This document shows, piece after piece, positions 25,134-38,190 of a stretch of DNA of 64,000 nucleotides. Made by a program: the position numbers and the translations under genes. How positions within the stretch are numbered: position 1 is the stretch's first letter; each line of letters begins with the position of its first letter. The notes under the pieces are model-generated. The model did not search any database. It was not told the DNA's origin and worked only from the letters and a program-made list of their open reading frames with translations. This DNA is from Sarea resinae (lineage: Eukaryota): assembly GCA_026026165.1 (NCBI GenBank), contig JAPEUD010000013.1, forward strand, positions 310,001 through 374,000, in the 5' to 3' direction.

Positions 25134-28100
25134 CCTCGGCTGCGCCTGCCTGGCGCGGAGCTGCGCCGCACCGGGATTCGACTCCGCAGAATACGACGAG
25201 AAGGGATTTCTCGATGAAGTCGGCGGAGTCCCCGCGGGAGCACTTTCCAGCGCAGAAGGTTGCAGACTTGTTTGAGCCAGATGGTCGCTCAGGTTCGGCG
25301 AAGGCGGACGAGGCGGTGTATTCTCCGCTGGGTCGACCGGCGAGAGAATGGAGGAGAGGGGAACGGCGGAAGGAATCGTGACGATTGGAGGAGGGGGATG
25401 GCGACTTGATGTCGAGAAGGAAAGAGCTCGCGTCTTGTCCCACGCCGCGCAGAGGTGTACGGGTGTGGTTGCGAAGCGGAGCTATGGCAAGGATGGCAAT
25501 CGACAACGGTCGACTAGCATGTAACACGCGTTTTCCCCACACAGATCCGGGATGCAGCGATCAGCGATCCTGAAAGTGACAAGAAAAATGGAAAAGGTGG
25601 ACTGCAAGAAGAAGACAGCTTCTTGAGGGGTCAATGGGTTTCTCTCTTTTGCTATTGCATTGCGGTGGAGAATGAGACGCGCAAACAAAGTGGTTTGATG
25701 GAGGCGAGAAAGCGAGAGAGGTGTCGGGATCTGCGGGCGGGAAGGAAGTCAAAGGGGAGCAGGAAGAGGAGGAGGAGGAGGAGGAAACGGAGGGGGGAGG
25801 TTTGCGGGATAGCAGCAGAACAATAAGAAAAGCAGGAAAGGCATGCGCAGGTGCAGAAGGGTGCAGAGGGACGGAGCGCGATCAGAAACAGCAGCCATGC
25901 CGGTGATTGTGATCGTTCGAGAGGAACAGAGGAGCCGAACCGATGCACGAGGCCGGCCGGTGGGTGGTGGTGGGCAGCGGCGGTAGCGGTGGTAGCGGTG
26001 GTGGTCGGGCAGACCGACGGGGAGTGGGAGGCGGAGTCTCCAGACAACAGTCCAGGAATCACTCCACCGACGCTCTCGAGCGCTGGCGGGCTCGAACGAG
26101 CGCAACGAGCTGCGACGAGCGATATACTGACTTCAGCGTGCGACAGGAGAGCCGCCGGGACGCATGCCGTGGTTAGTGCTTCGTAGGGGTCTTAGTAGCA
26201 GTAGCAGTAGCAGTAGCAATAGCGATAGCAAGAGCATCCTCGAAGAGCATTCATTCCATGGCATTTGGTACGTGAGGGGAGATGATTGATGGCAGATGGG
26301 TATACTTGGAACGCTCCAAGTCTCCCAAGTCTCGTCAATGGTACTATGTACCTTAGGTAGTCAGTAAGGTACCTGGGCTCTTGCATCGCTTTGGTACTCT
26401 CCGTAGAGTACGGTTAGTGACATGGACGTGAGCATTGCATGTTTTCCGCTTTGTTGATTTGGATCTATTCATTCCATCATTCATTCATACATTCACTCAC
26501 CCATCAAGAGACGGGTGTGCGCGTGCCTGGCCATCTGACAAGGAAAAGAAGAAGAAGATGCATCGGAGCATGTAGTGGCAGGTAGATACAAAGAATCACA
26601 CGTTTTCCCCCCAGGCAGAGGAGAGGACCCCGGGGCTCCCTCCCTTCAATGGTGACAGGCATCGGAGAATGGCAGATCGACTACCTGATCTCCTTGGCCC
26701 GTTGATCCAATTCTCATTCCGGTTCACTGATGCGGTCCCGACAGCAGAAGATCAGTACCCAGTACCATCGATCCAGGTCCCAGGCTACCTCCCCGGGGCC
26801 ATCACCACGCCGGAGACGAGAAGTACCTCTACGTAGACACGACCTCGATTCGGTCCGGCACACGGTGCAGTGTCCCATTGCCATGAACATTCCACTCAGA
26901 CATGCTACCTTGTTGCGTACTGTGGCAAGCACCTCATCGAACACCCTGGACGGCAACACACGGGCCGGCTTGCTCGTTCGTTGCCTGAGTATTACTTCAG
27001 AAGGTTAACTTGAGATCGAAAAACCACGGACCGCCCACTCGGTCAGTCGGTCAGTCACTCACTCAGTACGCACTCACTTGCTCGGTCACCCGTCTCTGTC
27101 AGCCAAGTACCAAGTACCCCTCCCTCTCCCTCCTGCACCCTCCGCCCGACGAAAACCGTAAGAGCATCACGAGAAAGACACACGAGTCACGCCATGTCGA
27201 CCACATCGCCAGAGGTCATGTGGAAAGACCAGGAAAACCCAGAATCGGCTGTCCCTGAGGCCATCCATGGATCCATCGATCCATAGGGATGTCCATGCCC
27301 ATCTCATCGAGTACGAAGGACGCATTATTGCTGCCCTTCTTGATCCTCTCTCATCCTGTCCCGCCATCATCACATCACATTGCATCCTTGGTCCTCCTTT
27401 GTGCTTCTGCCCTACTCGGAGTACCTATGTGAAAGCACATCTGAGCATCCAGCCCAGTCCAGGCCAGCCTACCCGCCCTATTCTACCCGCTACCTAAGGT
27501 ACCTATCCTTCCCATCTCTTCCCCACCCCAGCGTCCGCTCCGCACGCTACGGCAGCCATCGACGCATTCCGATCGGTATCCATTTTCAGCCCCCCTCCCC
27601 CCTCCCCCTTCCCTAGCCCTAGCCTGCCCGTGTCGCCCTACACGTCCGTAGTCCGTAGTACGAAAAGGCCTGCCTGCCTGTTCGTCTGCCGGCAGCCGAC
27701 GAGGACATCACCTCACCCTCGGCATCTAAACGATTTGGCGTGGGGTCGGGGCGCGGAAGAGAAAAAGCGTCGATCGATCATCGATCATCGATCGACTGCC
27801 CGCAGCACCACCACCAACCGGCGGCGGCACCTCAGTCGTCCATCCATCCAATTCGTTCATCGTACGGAGTAAGTAAGGTACTCGAGGTAATACTCAATCG
27901 AGATCAACATCAATCATGCACGAGGAGAAGAGCAAGATGTACTCTACTCTACTCTACATATCGCCATGATCATTCTCATCCTTGTTGACGCAAAACGCGT
28001 TGCGTTACCTGTCATCCATCCATGCCTCCATGCACGTCCAATGCCATCCCATGCCATCCGTAAGCCTCATAATCAATCATTCAACCGATCAACCGATCGG

Positions 28101-29068
28101 TCGGTCGGCCGGCCATCCATCCAGAGCAGCTGATGCGCACAGCACCGCGCCAGTCCCGTGTCAATGTGGCACGGACAGCCAGCACCAGCACCAGCACCAG
28201 CCGTACCGACTCCGTGCACTCCATGCACTCCATGCGCTCCGTACAAAGGAAGACATCCATGGATCCTTCGACAACAATCGCATCGCATCGATGAATCCTG
28301 GAGGATCGATTTGATGGCGAAGATGGACAAATGGCGTGCACAACGGGTCAAGTCCCGTCCATGGCTGAATGCATTCATGCATTCATGCACCCATCCATGC
28401 ATCCACGCACGCACGCGAGAACTCCGTACATAGAGTACAGTGCGGCTCTGCCTCTGACTCCAGCCTCCAGGTCCCCTTCCCTCGGCCGGTCGGTCGGTCG
28501 GTCGGTCAGTCAGTCGGTCGGTCCACACGCCGGAGCCTTCGAAGACCTTCATTCAGTGCCGCAGAGAGCTCGAGAGGATCGTGGGATGCGCATCGCACGC
28601 AGCCACCTGCTCACCTACCTCCGTCCTTTTCTCCCTCCCTATCTTTCTTTCTTTCTTTTTGAGATTTTCCCACGTCCTTCGAGACGAGACGAGACGAGAC
28701 CGGTCTGGAGAGAGACCATCACAGACATCCGCGCCGTGCTAGTCTGTTCGGAGTTTTGGAATTCGTGGTGGTGCGTATCCATTCGTACTGTATGTACGGA
28801 GCAGGCAAGGGAAATAAGTAGGTAGGCAAGGTGACTACTAGGTAAATAGGTAGGCAAAGTAAGAAACATAGTCATGCCCCCCGGTCCTTCCAAGCAGCAA
28901 TCTGTCGGTCCATCTGCTCTGCTCTCTCTTCTGGCTCGGAGACGAGTAGTATGTATCTAGGTAGTATCTAGGTCACGATGCCCCTCCAAAACAAAAGAGA
29001 ACAGAAGAGAAGAGAAGCTAAGTTGGACCGTTGATGTGCGTGACTGGCTGGCGGGCTGGCTGACGACG

Positions 29069-29096
29069 TGATTTGATTTGATTTGATTTGATTTGA
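29069..29096. repeat. (GATTT)n pentanucleotide repeat
   Basis: Read directly from the sequence. Confidence 0.8.
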
Positions 29097-29761
29097 CTCG
29101 ATTCGACTCGATCCAGTACCGTACGAGTGATGAGACGGGAAGCCCTGCGATACTCACGCTGAATCCATCCCATGCGTGCATGAGATGAACACCATTGACA
29201 ACCAACCTACGGAACGACAAAGTGATGATAACGACGATCACGACGACGACGACAATTTGATATTCCTCATTCGCAATTTGAAGATTCTCATCTTGTTTCG
29301 GAAAACTTGGAACAGAAAACAAGGCCCATTCCCTCGCTCGGAACATATTTAAATACTAGAAGTTACATGGATGCAGATCCAGGCTTTTATCTTCACCCAG
29401 CCTGCTCGTTGTTTATATACCCTTTTATAAAGACCGTAATAGGAGGGGTGTGCAAAAGCAAGCAAGCAAGCACCCGTTTTTCAGGACGCCTTGTTGCCAC
29501 CCACCCATCCACCCTCTATCCCCAAAAGACCGTTGCCATAAAGATCGTGTTAACCCAGATGCCCCCTTCCCCAGACCAGGTCCCCTTTCCAGTAACCAGA
29601 ATGCAAATGCACGCGTACACAAAATTAATCGAACAGAATTATATCCAAGAAGTGAAGTGTAAAGTCAAAAAGAGACGCGAGGAGCATTAATAGGAGTTGT
29701 GTTTTCGAGGTAGATCATGTCTTGGATCCGATCCAACAGCCAGTTAAGAAGCAGGGGTGCT

Positions 29762-30990
29762 TCAGCAAGTCTCGAGCTTGAGGGTGTTGATCGTGACCGG
29801 GTTGCATTGGCCGCCTAGACGTTCGTTGTAGAGGTTGAAGAAACCGCCCGACAAGCACTGCCAGAAGACTGAAGAGCCGCCCAGCGCAAGGCTGCCGTTA
29901 CCACAGACCGAGAATCCAGAAGTGTAGATGGCGCCTGCCTGCGGTGGCGAGTCGAATTGGAACTGATAGTTCGAAGCGATGTAGCCGGTGCGGCCCTTGG
30001 AGTCGTGAAGGATGCCATTGTTGAGCGTCAACGAAAGAGTATCATTGGATGCACATGCCACGAGGACCGAGCTTGAAGATGACGAGTTCGACGCTGCGGC
30101 GGAGGCAGTGGCGGTAGGAGCCTGAGGCTGGGCGTCAGAGATCTGAGAGACTGCGGTGGCAGTCGCGGCCTGGGGTTGGCCGTCAGAGATCTGGGAGACA
30201 GCGCCAGCAGTGGTGGCAGTTGCAGCTTGGGGCTGGCCGTCAGAGATCTGAGATACGGGCTTGGCGGTAGCGGTAGCAGCTTGGGGCTGACCGTCTGAGA
30301 TCTCGGAAACAGGCTTGGCGGTAGCAGTAGCAGCTTGAGGTTGACCGTCGGAGATCTGGGAGACGGCTTGCGCAGTAGCAGCCTGAGGTTGGCCATCAGA
30401 GATCTCGGAGACAGCTTTAGCGGTGGCCTTGGGAGCTTGGGGCTGTCCATCGCTGATCTCGCTCACTGCCTGGGCGGTCGCAGCTTGCACCTGTCCATCG
30501 CCAATTTGGCTGACAGCCACGTGTGTGACGGTCGAAGCGACCTGGGGCTGTCCATCAGAGATCTGAGTGACTGGCGCCTCAGTAGCTGTTGTAGCCTGAG
30601 GCTGGCCGTCGGAGATCTGGGAGACAGGCTCAACGCTTGCGGCGCTGGTGACCTGGGGTTGACCATCAGAGATCTGGGAGACAGCCACGGTACCACTGGT
30701 GGCGACTTGAGGTTGTCCACTGGAGGGAATACTATATCAGCACTTTTACTCCCTGACTGCTGGATGGCAATGACTTACTCTGACACTTGCGAAGCACCGA
30801 CAGCCGCGGTCGAGGTCGCCTTGGCTGTCAGATTTGCGACAGCTATGCCGAAGCTTCCAGAGTAATTCGGAGTGCATCCTGCAGGGGCCGATCCGGAGGG
30901 GGAGATGACCGATGTGACGGCTTCTGGTTGAGGCATGGGAGAGCCATTGACAGCTGCCACGGCAGCGAGGATAGCGAGAGCGTAATGCAT
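29762..30990 (-). CDS. PIR-repeat covalently linked cell-wall mannoprotein (Cis3/Pir-like), 2 exons
   Basis: Signal peptide MHYALAILAAVAAVNG. Twelve (Q/E)ISDGQPQ-type repeats. C-terminal domain with DSKGRTGYIASNYQFQFDSPPQAGAIY, FWQCLSGGFFNLY and a terminal Cys. Intron about 30778-30721. Confidence 0.95.
30130..30795 (-). repeat. Intragenic PIR repeat array, 12 units, the first split by the intron
   Basis: Repeated CAGATCTC(T/C)GA(C/T)GG cores on the minus strand separated by variable Ala/Thr spacers. Confidence 0.9.
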
Positions 30991-31381
30991 GTTGAGGCAG
31001 GAACTACTCGAACGTGGTCAGAGAAGAGTCGATGGATAAGGACGGCAGACTCTCGAGGGAGAGCAGGAGCATAATATACTTACTGTATGATGAAGACGGG
31101 AACGAATGTCTCAAAACCAGGGCGGGAACGACGGAAGACTAAGGAGATGAAGACGGCGATCAACACTTTACGATGCGGAGTATCGTAAGACGAGGGCGTA
31201 ACGGAGGAGGAAGCCGAGTCTAAATAATGCTGATGAATGCTGATGGGCGAAGGCGGTGGATCTGCATTACGTAGATCCGTGGCCCATCAGGCAAGGTATA
31301 GACCAGGGAAGACAGGGGCCAGTAGAGCCCGCACGCATGTCCCCCGCTTCGACTCGAAAAAGGGAAAGGCTGGTGGGTTGG

Positions 31382-31428
31382 GGCCCTGGTGGCCCTGGTG
31401 GCCCTGGTGGCCCTGGTAGCCCTGATAG
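31382..31428. repeat. Tandem 9-mer (GGCCCTGGT)n upstream of the PIR gene
   Basis: Four exact copies plus a degenerate copy, read directly. Confidence 0.8.
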
Positions 31429-34400
31429 CCCTTGTGGGTTGGGGGCTAGTTCTGCCTAGCGACTTTAGTAGCGAAAAGAAGTGGCATTGTTGTTTCTCGA
31501 TGGACCGTGTACGCACAACAACGGAATTGCTCTACTCCGGTTTCTGCGTCGTCCATGTTCGGTGAAACCTCTCGAGCTGTTTGCGGCTATTTGGTCGCCA
31601 AAAATACCGATCGTCAAAGGTTTCTCTGCTAGTGACCTCATCGAGCCTCGCCGATGACCAGTGACATCTCTTGAATGCGGCTGCTAACGAACGAGATGCC
31701 TGAAACGGTAATATTTGAGACACGCCAAGCCGTCGCGTCTGGCGCCCAAAGCAGCTTGCTTTCACCTTGCACTCAAGGAAATTCTAAATTAATACCAATA
31801 CAGCCATGGCAATTGATTTTTGACGCGCCACCTGAATCAGAAACAGCTCAACAGCATGAGCCGTACTCCCTTACGTAGATCGGGTTGTCTTGGGGAGCAT
31901 GATGGATGAATGGGGGGGGCTGGGAGGGTGGCTGCTGCGCCGTAGCGATCTGGCGATGCATGGACCATCATCGTTGGCCGGCCCACCTCGTCGTGCGTAC
32001 CAAGTCCACGTACTCACAGTAAGAGTACCGTAGAGTAGAGTAGAGCACCGGAAGCAGCAGCTCGTTGAGGCGTGGGTGCCTCCATCCGCACTCGACGGCA
32101 ATCGATTGCAGTCGTTGAGACAGGCCGAATGGAATGGCGATGTGCGGCCACAAGATGATGATCGTCGACTGCTAGTTGCATGGAGGACCCTGTCGCATTA
32201 CGTTCGAGCGGGCTGGCACTAACACTTTCTAGCGGGGCGGCGACTCTTCACCAGCACTGTCTGCCCACAAGAGAGCGAGAGAGCGAGAGAGCTCGAGCTC
32301 CAGTTATTAAAGGTGGGTACAACCGACACTGGCGACGAGTACCTCGAGACTCGTCTCCAGTACCCCTCTTCCCCTGCCAGCCGATACGGTCGACAAGGTA
32401 CTCGCAACCAAGCATCGGCGTAGTTGTCCCGCGGATGGCTGGGCCCCGAGCTGTTAATGCAGGCTTCCTCTTTGTTGACCCCGCCTCCAACCTCCCCAAC
32501 CTCGTAAAGGGAAGGCCCGATGTCATTATTCTTCGTTCATTTGTTCTCATCGATTGTCATCCTCGTATATCTTGTTCAAGGCGTCTCTCCTCTCGTACGC
32601 TACTCTCTCCTTCAGGCTGGCTGCATCATGGCCGTCGTTGTCTCGGCGACCGACCGACCTCCGCAACGAAGATGTGTGGCTGGTGGACATGGGGGATGCC
32701 CCAGTCTACGGAGTAGAGATCCCCCGGTTGGGCTGGAGTGAGGACGTTAGTCTTGGGGATTTGCAAGAAGGCTGGCGGAGGCCCACATGGGGAAGAAGAT
32801 GAAGCTCCAGCCAAGAACACACGATGTCTCCCAGCCCGTCCGAAAGGGAGGCCGCTACCTGGCTAGAAGGACTAGAAGGAGAAGTGGTGAGCGAGACTCC
32901 AGCAGCGAGCACGTCTGTTCCGAGAATAGTTCATGTTCGAAGTGGGGAAGACCCTTGTCTTCACCGGCATCTGTCTTTCCACTAGGATCTTCTCTGCTTG
33001 GACCGTGCGCTGTGCCATGCTATGGATGCTATGGATGCTATGGATGCCACTTCCCGGTACGTGAGGTCGCACGTTAGAGCACTACGTACTATGTAGTGGT
33101 TGAGCTGCTGCATCCCGTTAGCTGCTGCTGTAAGTCATGCTGTGCCGACAGGCCAACGACAGGCTACAGCTCCTTGTCTTCCGGTCTCCGCCCGCTCCAC
33201 TTTGCCTGGAGACAAGGAGTGCGTAATGCCTCGAGGAGCTCCGACGATGAGCCATGAAGGCAGAACGAACGAAGAAGAAAGCCTAAGCCAGTTTGCCTTC
33301 TGGCAAAACAAAGAAAGGTAATCTGCTACTGTAGATGATCGGTCCAAGAATATCTTGACGAGCCCAAATCCATTCAACTCGCTTATACCATACCGTGGAT
33401 ATCGAGATGCTATTCCATAGGACCGGCGTAACGATACCAAATGCGACCGTTCTTTCTCCAGCTCCCTCGATCACGAGTACTCCCGGGACCATTGCCACTG
33501 TCTCTCTTAATTAAGCTGGCCTAATGCTAGAGTCGTCAGCGGACGGCGCGCCAGCGACTGGAGATGGCTCAAGATCCCTCCCCCACCCCGGTCAAGTGAG
33601 ACATATTCATGGCAAAGTTGGTGCTCCATTGTTGCCTCGTAGAGTAGAGCAGAGTAGTCGACTGTTCCTTGACGGATTCTCATTCCGACTGCGACTAAGC
33701 CGACTAACACGCGTCAAGCGCCAGACTTGGTCTTCGGCGAACTACTAAGAGTATTTGATCCTAGGTCCAACCTCTACTTGTGCCTATTCCGTCTAGGCAA
33801 CGAGGCCCTGCATCACCTCTAGTGAAGACTACTATGATATGGATTTCATGAGAATGGACGATGTCTGCTTTGCAATGTATCCACCTAGCTTTCGTTCTTC
33901 TGAAAGCCCGAAAATATGAACCGGGTCATTTCTTCCTGGAAATCAGAATGAAGACCAAGTGTGGGGTCGAGCCGTCTTGCTGTGTCGCTCCTCACCTCCA
34001 GACCTGGTCGAGAAGATAGTACAAAGCCGACGGTTGCAAAGCAGTTAGATGGGTGCTAATCTCAGCATCATCGATTTTACATGGCGAACGGGAGACGGCG
34101 CGAGGCAACGCTGGTCCGGGTGCATTCATCCCCAGCAGAGCTTCGATCGGAGGCTCTTCATTTCGGCAGGTGAGACATCATGACGACAGTTCGGCTGCTG
34201 TTGTCAGTGGGAGCATACCAACGGTCAGCACGTCAAAAGGACGAAGGAAGCATGCATTAGATACTCAACGATTAGCTCCATCCGCCCCATCAGCTCCATC
34301 ACGCAAGTCTACTCAACACCGGGGATGCACTGCTGCTGTTGCCCCGCTGTTGGATCCTAAGGCTAGACTGCAAGAGGAAGCTTGCGGGATGTGGAGTGAA

Positions 34401-35332
34401 GTCCGCACTCTGTATGGGGATCGGCCGAACAGTTGCTTCAATTGTTGTTTCGTACGAGTCGAGTAGAGCAAGTACTCCGAGATAAGCATACGACAACGGA
34501 ACGTCCTCCGTATAGATTAGACGTATCTACTCCGTAATCGAGTACCAGATGGCCGTGAGGCTGAAGTACTTCACAATACTACGTACACTCGTCCGTGGTG
34601 AGGAGGATGTACACTATAGCGCAGAGTACGGCGTCGAACAGAGTACTCCGAGTAGGTGGTGATGCGGCACGAGAGAGACTAAAGTCGTCACATCCGTGGG
34701 TCGACGGATCTCGAGGGAACGCGGTTCGGCTCTCATGCAGCTAGAGGCAAGCTGCATGAAGAGCAGCATCTCGTTGTCGGTGTTATTGATGGGTTGGATT
34801 CGTCCTCGATGTTTAACGGCAACTCCTTGACGAGCGCTTCAATCGCATGGTAGTTGTACGGATGCCGTTTTCGCAAAATTGACATTTTCATCGTCTATGA
34901 GATCGCCATGAAGCCGTGAAGATATCTAGATCTTTTCGACTATCCTTTGTCGACGATCAACTCTGGCCTCTCCTGGCGTCCACGGTCTCTCCAGAAGCGA
35001 GGGTTGCTGCTGAGCGTCATGTATTTCGTTCGTACGGGCAGCCAGCAGATCGGAGACGATGCGGATATATTCAAATAACACAATTGAAGCAATTCAATGT
35101 TGTGCGAATTAATATTAAATCCAAGAAACATCCGGAGAGAAATAGCAGAGTCGACGTGGTGACTTCCACTTTCCGCCAATTCAGCAATTTAGCGAGGTTC
35201 CAAGGTTAGGTACCACCTAGGTTGGCACTCGTGCAGGCTACCACGACGTCATTTGGGCGAGCTTGACGACAACATCTAGGCGACAGCAGAGCTTCAAAGC
35301 CTCTGAGCTTCCAAGCCTCATCAACACCAACG

Positions 35333-36618
35333 ATGAAACCTTACATTGCCGTTCCAGCAGTGGCCGCCCTCGTCTACCGGGCCTGGTCGCGCAAATCACT
35401 GACGCCCCTAGGTATCGTCGTCGCGACCGTGACGGCTGTCGTCCATGTGATCCATCCGTGGAGCGTCTGTTTTGCGCTTCTGGTCGTCTTTTTCCTTGCC
35501 GGCACCGCCGTCACCAAGGTATCTCCCTCTGCCCCGAACAGCCTCGAGCTTCGGTCCGGCTGGACTCGATTGGAAACAGTAATTGACATGAGCTTCTCAA
35601 TTTCAGGTCAAACATGACGTCAAATCCCGCCTCACGCAATCCGCCTCCGGCGCCTCAGGCGGCGAGGGTTCTCGGACGCACATCCAGGTCCTCGCCAACT
35701 CGCTCGTCGCCAGTGTGCTAATCTTGCTTCATGCGCGCGAGCTCTATCGGCGAGACACCAGTGGAGCCGAGTTATGCTTCTCGGCTGGGAGAGAAGATAT
35801 ACTATTTGTCGGCATCGTAGCGTCAGTAGCCTTCCCTCGACGTATATCTGCCAAGGACGCAGAGACACTGACAGCTCTGCCTTCTTTCCAGCAACTACGC
35901 CGCTGTCGCTGCAGACACCTTTTCCTCCGAGCTCGGCATCCTGTCCCGCTCTCCACCTCGTCTCCTCACCTCTCCGACCTTTCGCACAGTCCCTCCCGGC
36001 ACCAACGGCGGCGTCACGCTCATCGGCACGCTGGCCGGTTTCCTCGGCGCCCTCACCATCGCCCTGACAACCCTACTCCTGACCCCCTGGTGCGCAAATC
36101 CGTCCACGTCCCAGACCAGCACGAGCACACCAGCGACGAAAGCCCTCGTCGTCCTCTTCATCACGGTCTGGGGCGCGCTCGGCTCGCTCCTCGACAGCTT
36201 CCTAGGCGGCACGCTCCAGGCGTCGGTGCTGGACATCCGCACCAACAAGATCGTCGAGGGCGAGGGTGGCCACAAGGTCCTGGTGCCGTCGGCCTCGGGC
36301 GGGTCCATGCACTACCAGAAGCTGGCCGAGGTCAAGAGCCGGGTGCTCAATGGCGAGGGCGCCGGCAGCATCGAGCACATCGCTGCCACGGCGCCTGCGT
36401 CTTCCTCGACCACTACGGGGTCTGCGGACACCTCGACAGCGGCCAATGTTGCCCGGCGACGAGTCGCTGATTCCGAGAGAGAAAAGGGCGACGAAGAGGC
36501 GCCCAGTAGGACCGTCGTCAGTGGCTGGGGCCTGCTGGACAATAACGGCGTCAATTTCCTCATGGCGCTGCTGATGAGTCTGGGCGGTATGGGCGTTGCG
36601 GCCGCGGCGTTTTTGTGA
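35333..36618 (+). CDS. DUF92/TMEM19-family integral membrane protein, 3 exons
   Basis: Motifs RKSLTPLG, GGEGSRTHIQVLANS, AADTFSSELGILS, VPPGTNGGV, GSLLDSFLGGTLQAS and LDNNGVNFL. Introns 35519-35606 and 35822-35891. Confidence 0.92.
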
Positions 36619-36653
36619 ATCGGGATGCTGTGCCTTTGATAGCTGCATGGTTG

Positions 36654-36685
36654 TTTTCTTTTCTTTTCTTTTCTTTTCTTTTCTT
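36654..36685. repeat. (TTTTC)n repeat in the 3' region of the DUF92 gene
   Basis: Read directly from the sequence. Confidence 0.8.
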
Positions 36686-37174
36686 TTTTGCTTCTCTTTC
36701 CAGCTCGTCGTTAAGAATCCATTAGAATAGCTACGTGCGTGCATACACTCACCGCTCAAGAAAATTCGACCACCCTATCTTTGATTGCTTGATCCCTCTT
36801 CCTTTTAAGAGATGCAGAAGTGTGAATGAAAATGAATCCAAATCAACCAGATGAATCAATGCACAAATGAAGGACCAAATCCAACGAACGAAGAAATCAA
36901 TGACTGTACGAATGAAACCGACCAAGAAACAAACCATATCCCATCGAGCCTCCCCGCTCCCCGCTCCCGGCCGTCCCGCCTCTTGACCAGGCTTGTATTT
37001 AGGTCAGGCTTGGGCCAGGCTTCGAAACAGGTCAAGATACCTTAGCCGAGGGAGGAGTCGGCAGGGGTTGGGTCCAATATGAATACCAGACCGACAATAT
37101 GTTACTGATTAATCAACCGAGTCACTAAGTCAGAGAGAAAAAGACTCGTGAGAAGAAAGAATGGACGAGATGGA

Positions 37175-37202
37175 TAGGTAGGTAGGTAGGTAGGTAGGTA
37201 GG
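37175..37202. repeat. (TAGG)7 microsatellite
   Basis: Read directly from the sequence. Confidence 0.9.
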
Positions 37203-37299
37203 ACGAGTGATTCTTCCTTTTCTGTCCTTTTTCTCTTGGGAACACGGTAATGCGTGATTGATGAGGGAGATGAATAATGCGTGTGTGTTGTCTCTTCTT

Positions 37300-37830
37300 T
37301 CTTTCTAGTTGGGTGTAAAATAGTAGATAGGTGAGAGTAAATAGGTAGGGGTAGATAGGTAATAGAGAAGATATGTATATTTCCTATAGTCCCTAGTTCT
37401 AATTGTAGAGTTTCTTATATAAACTTATAGTGTATAGTTTTATTATAAGAAGCGCCCTTGCTATATAGGTAGTTAGTAGACAGGTATAGTATACACAAGC
37501 TACCTTACTGACCTAGGTTAGAGTAGTCTTTTAAGTGTACCTACCTAATATAGAAACAAGTTCGCCTGTTTACTAGACATTATAGAATTAGGAGAGTAAG
37601 ATAAGGTGCTTAGCGCTTAGTGCTTGTGTTATATATAATGCAGAGTATTCTACTACTACAGGCGCAGGCACAGATAGGCTAGCTCTCTATGCATAAAGAA
37701 GTTAGATTTAGATTTAGTAGACTGGACTAGACTAGCTTGTGCTCTATGTGTCTCTGTGTCTATGTATTCGTTGTATTTGTATTTGCTTTATTATATTTGT
37801 ATCTGTCCGTGTGTGTTTCTTAATTGCTAA
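37300..37830. other. AT-rich, TpA-enriched island with a RIP-like signature (probable degraded repeat)
   Basis: Abrupt drop in GC, abundant TAG/TAT/CTA/TAA and few CA/TG compared with the flanks. No ORF. Confidence 0.6.
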
Positions 37831-38190
37831 GTCATTACAGAACCGCAAACGTTTTGTTGAAAAAGAAAGAAGTAGTAAGTGGAGTGCTTAGTAAAGTATG
37901 AGTGAGTGAAAAGGATTGAAGGTTTCATGAGTCTAGAGACCCGACAGAACTCATTCGAACCCCCTTCCCGACTTGACGAGACGATAGGTACTCGAGAAGA
38001 TAGAATAAAACAGAGTAAGCCCACCTCGCTCTGCACCTGGCTACTACAGTGGTGACTATATCGAATACTCCAGAGCAATTGGCTGCGCCAGGCTAGGAGG
38101 CTCGTGCCGATCTGTCGGTCCGCCCATGCTGTGCTATACGATAATGACGGACGGGCCAAAGCCAGGGGCAGACTTCGGTGACGGTGATGA

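Noticed and set aside
25550..29700. Numerous short ORFs in the long spacers (also 31100-35300, 46850-51100, 61100-63600)
   Set aside because: Low complexity and slippage repeats, no codon bias and no spliceable homologous exons; most likely regulatory or UTR DNA.
30130..30795. CRISPR-like repeat-spacer appearance
   Set aside because: These are in-frame PIR coding repeats in a eukaryotic gene.
37940..37975. B-box-like GGTTCGAAT on the minus strand near the AT-rich island
   Set aside because: No T-stem pairing and no A box, so insufficient for a tRNA or SINE call.
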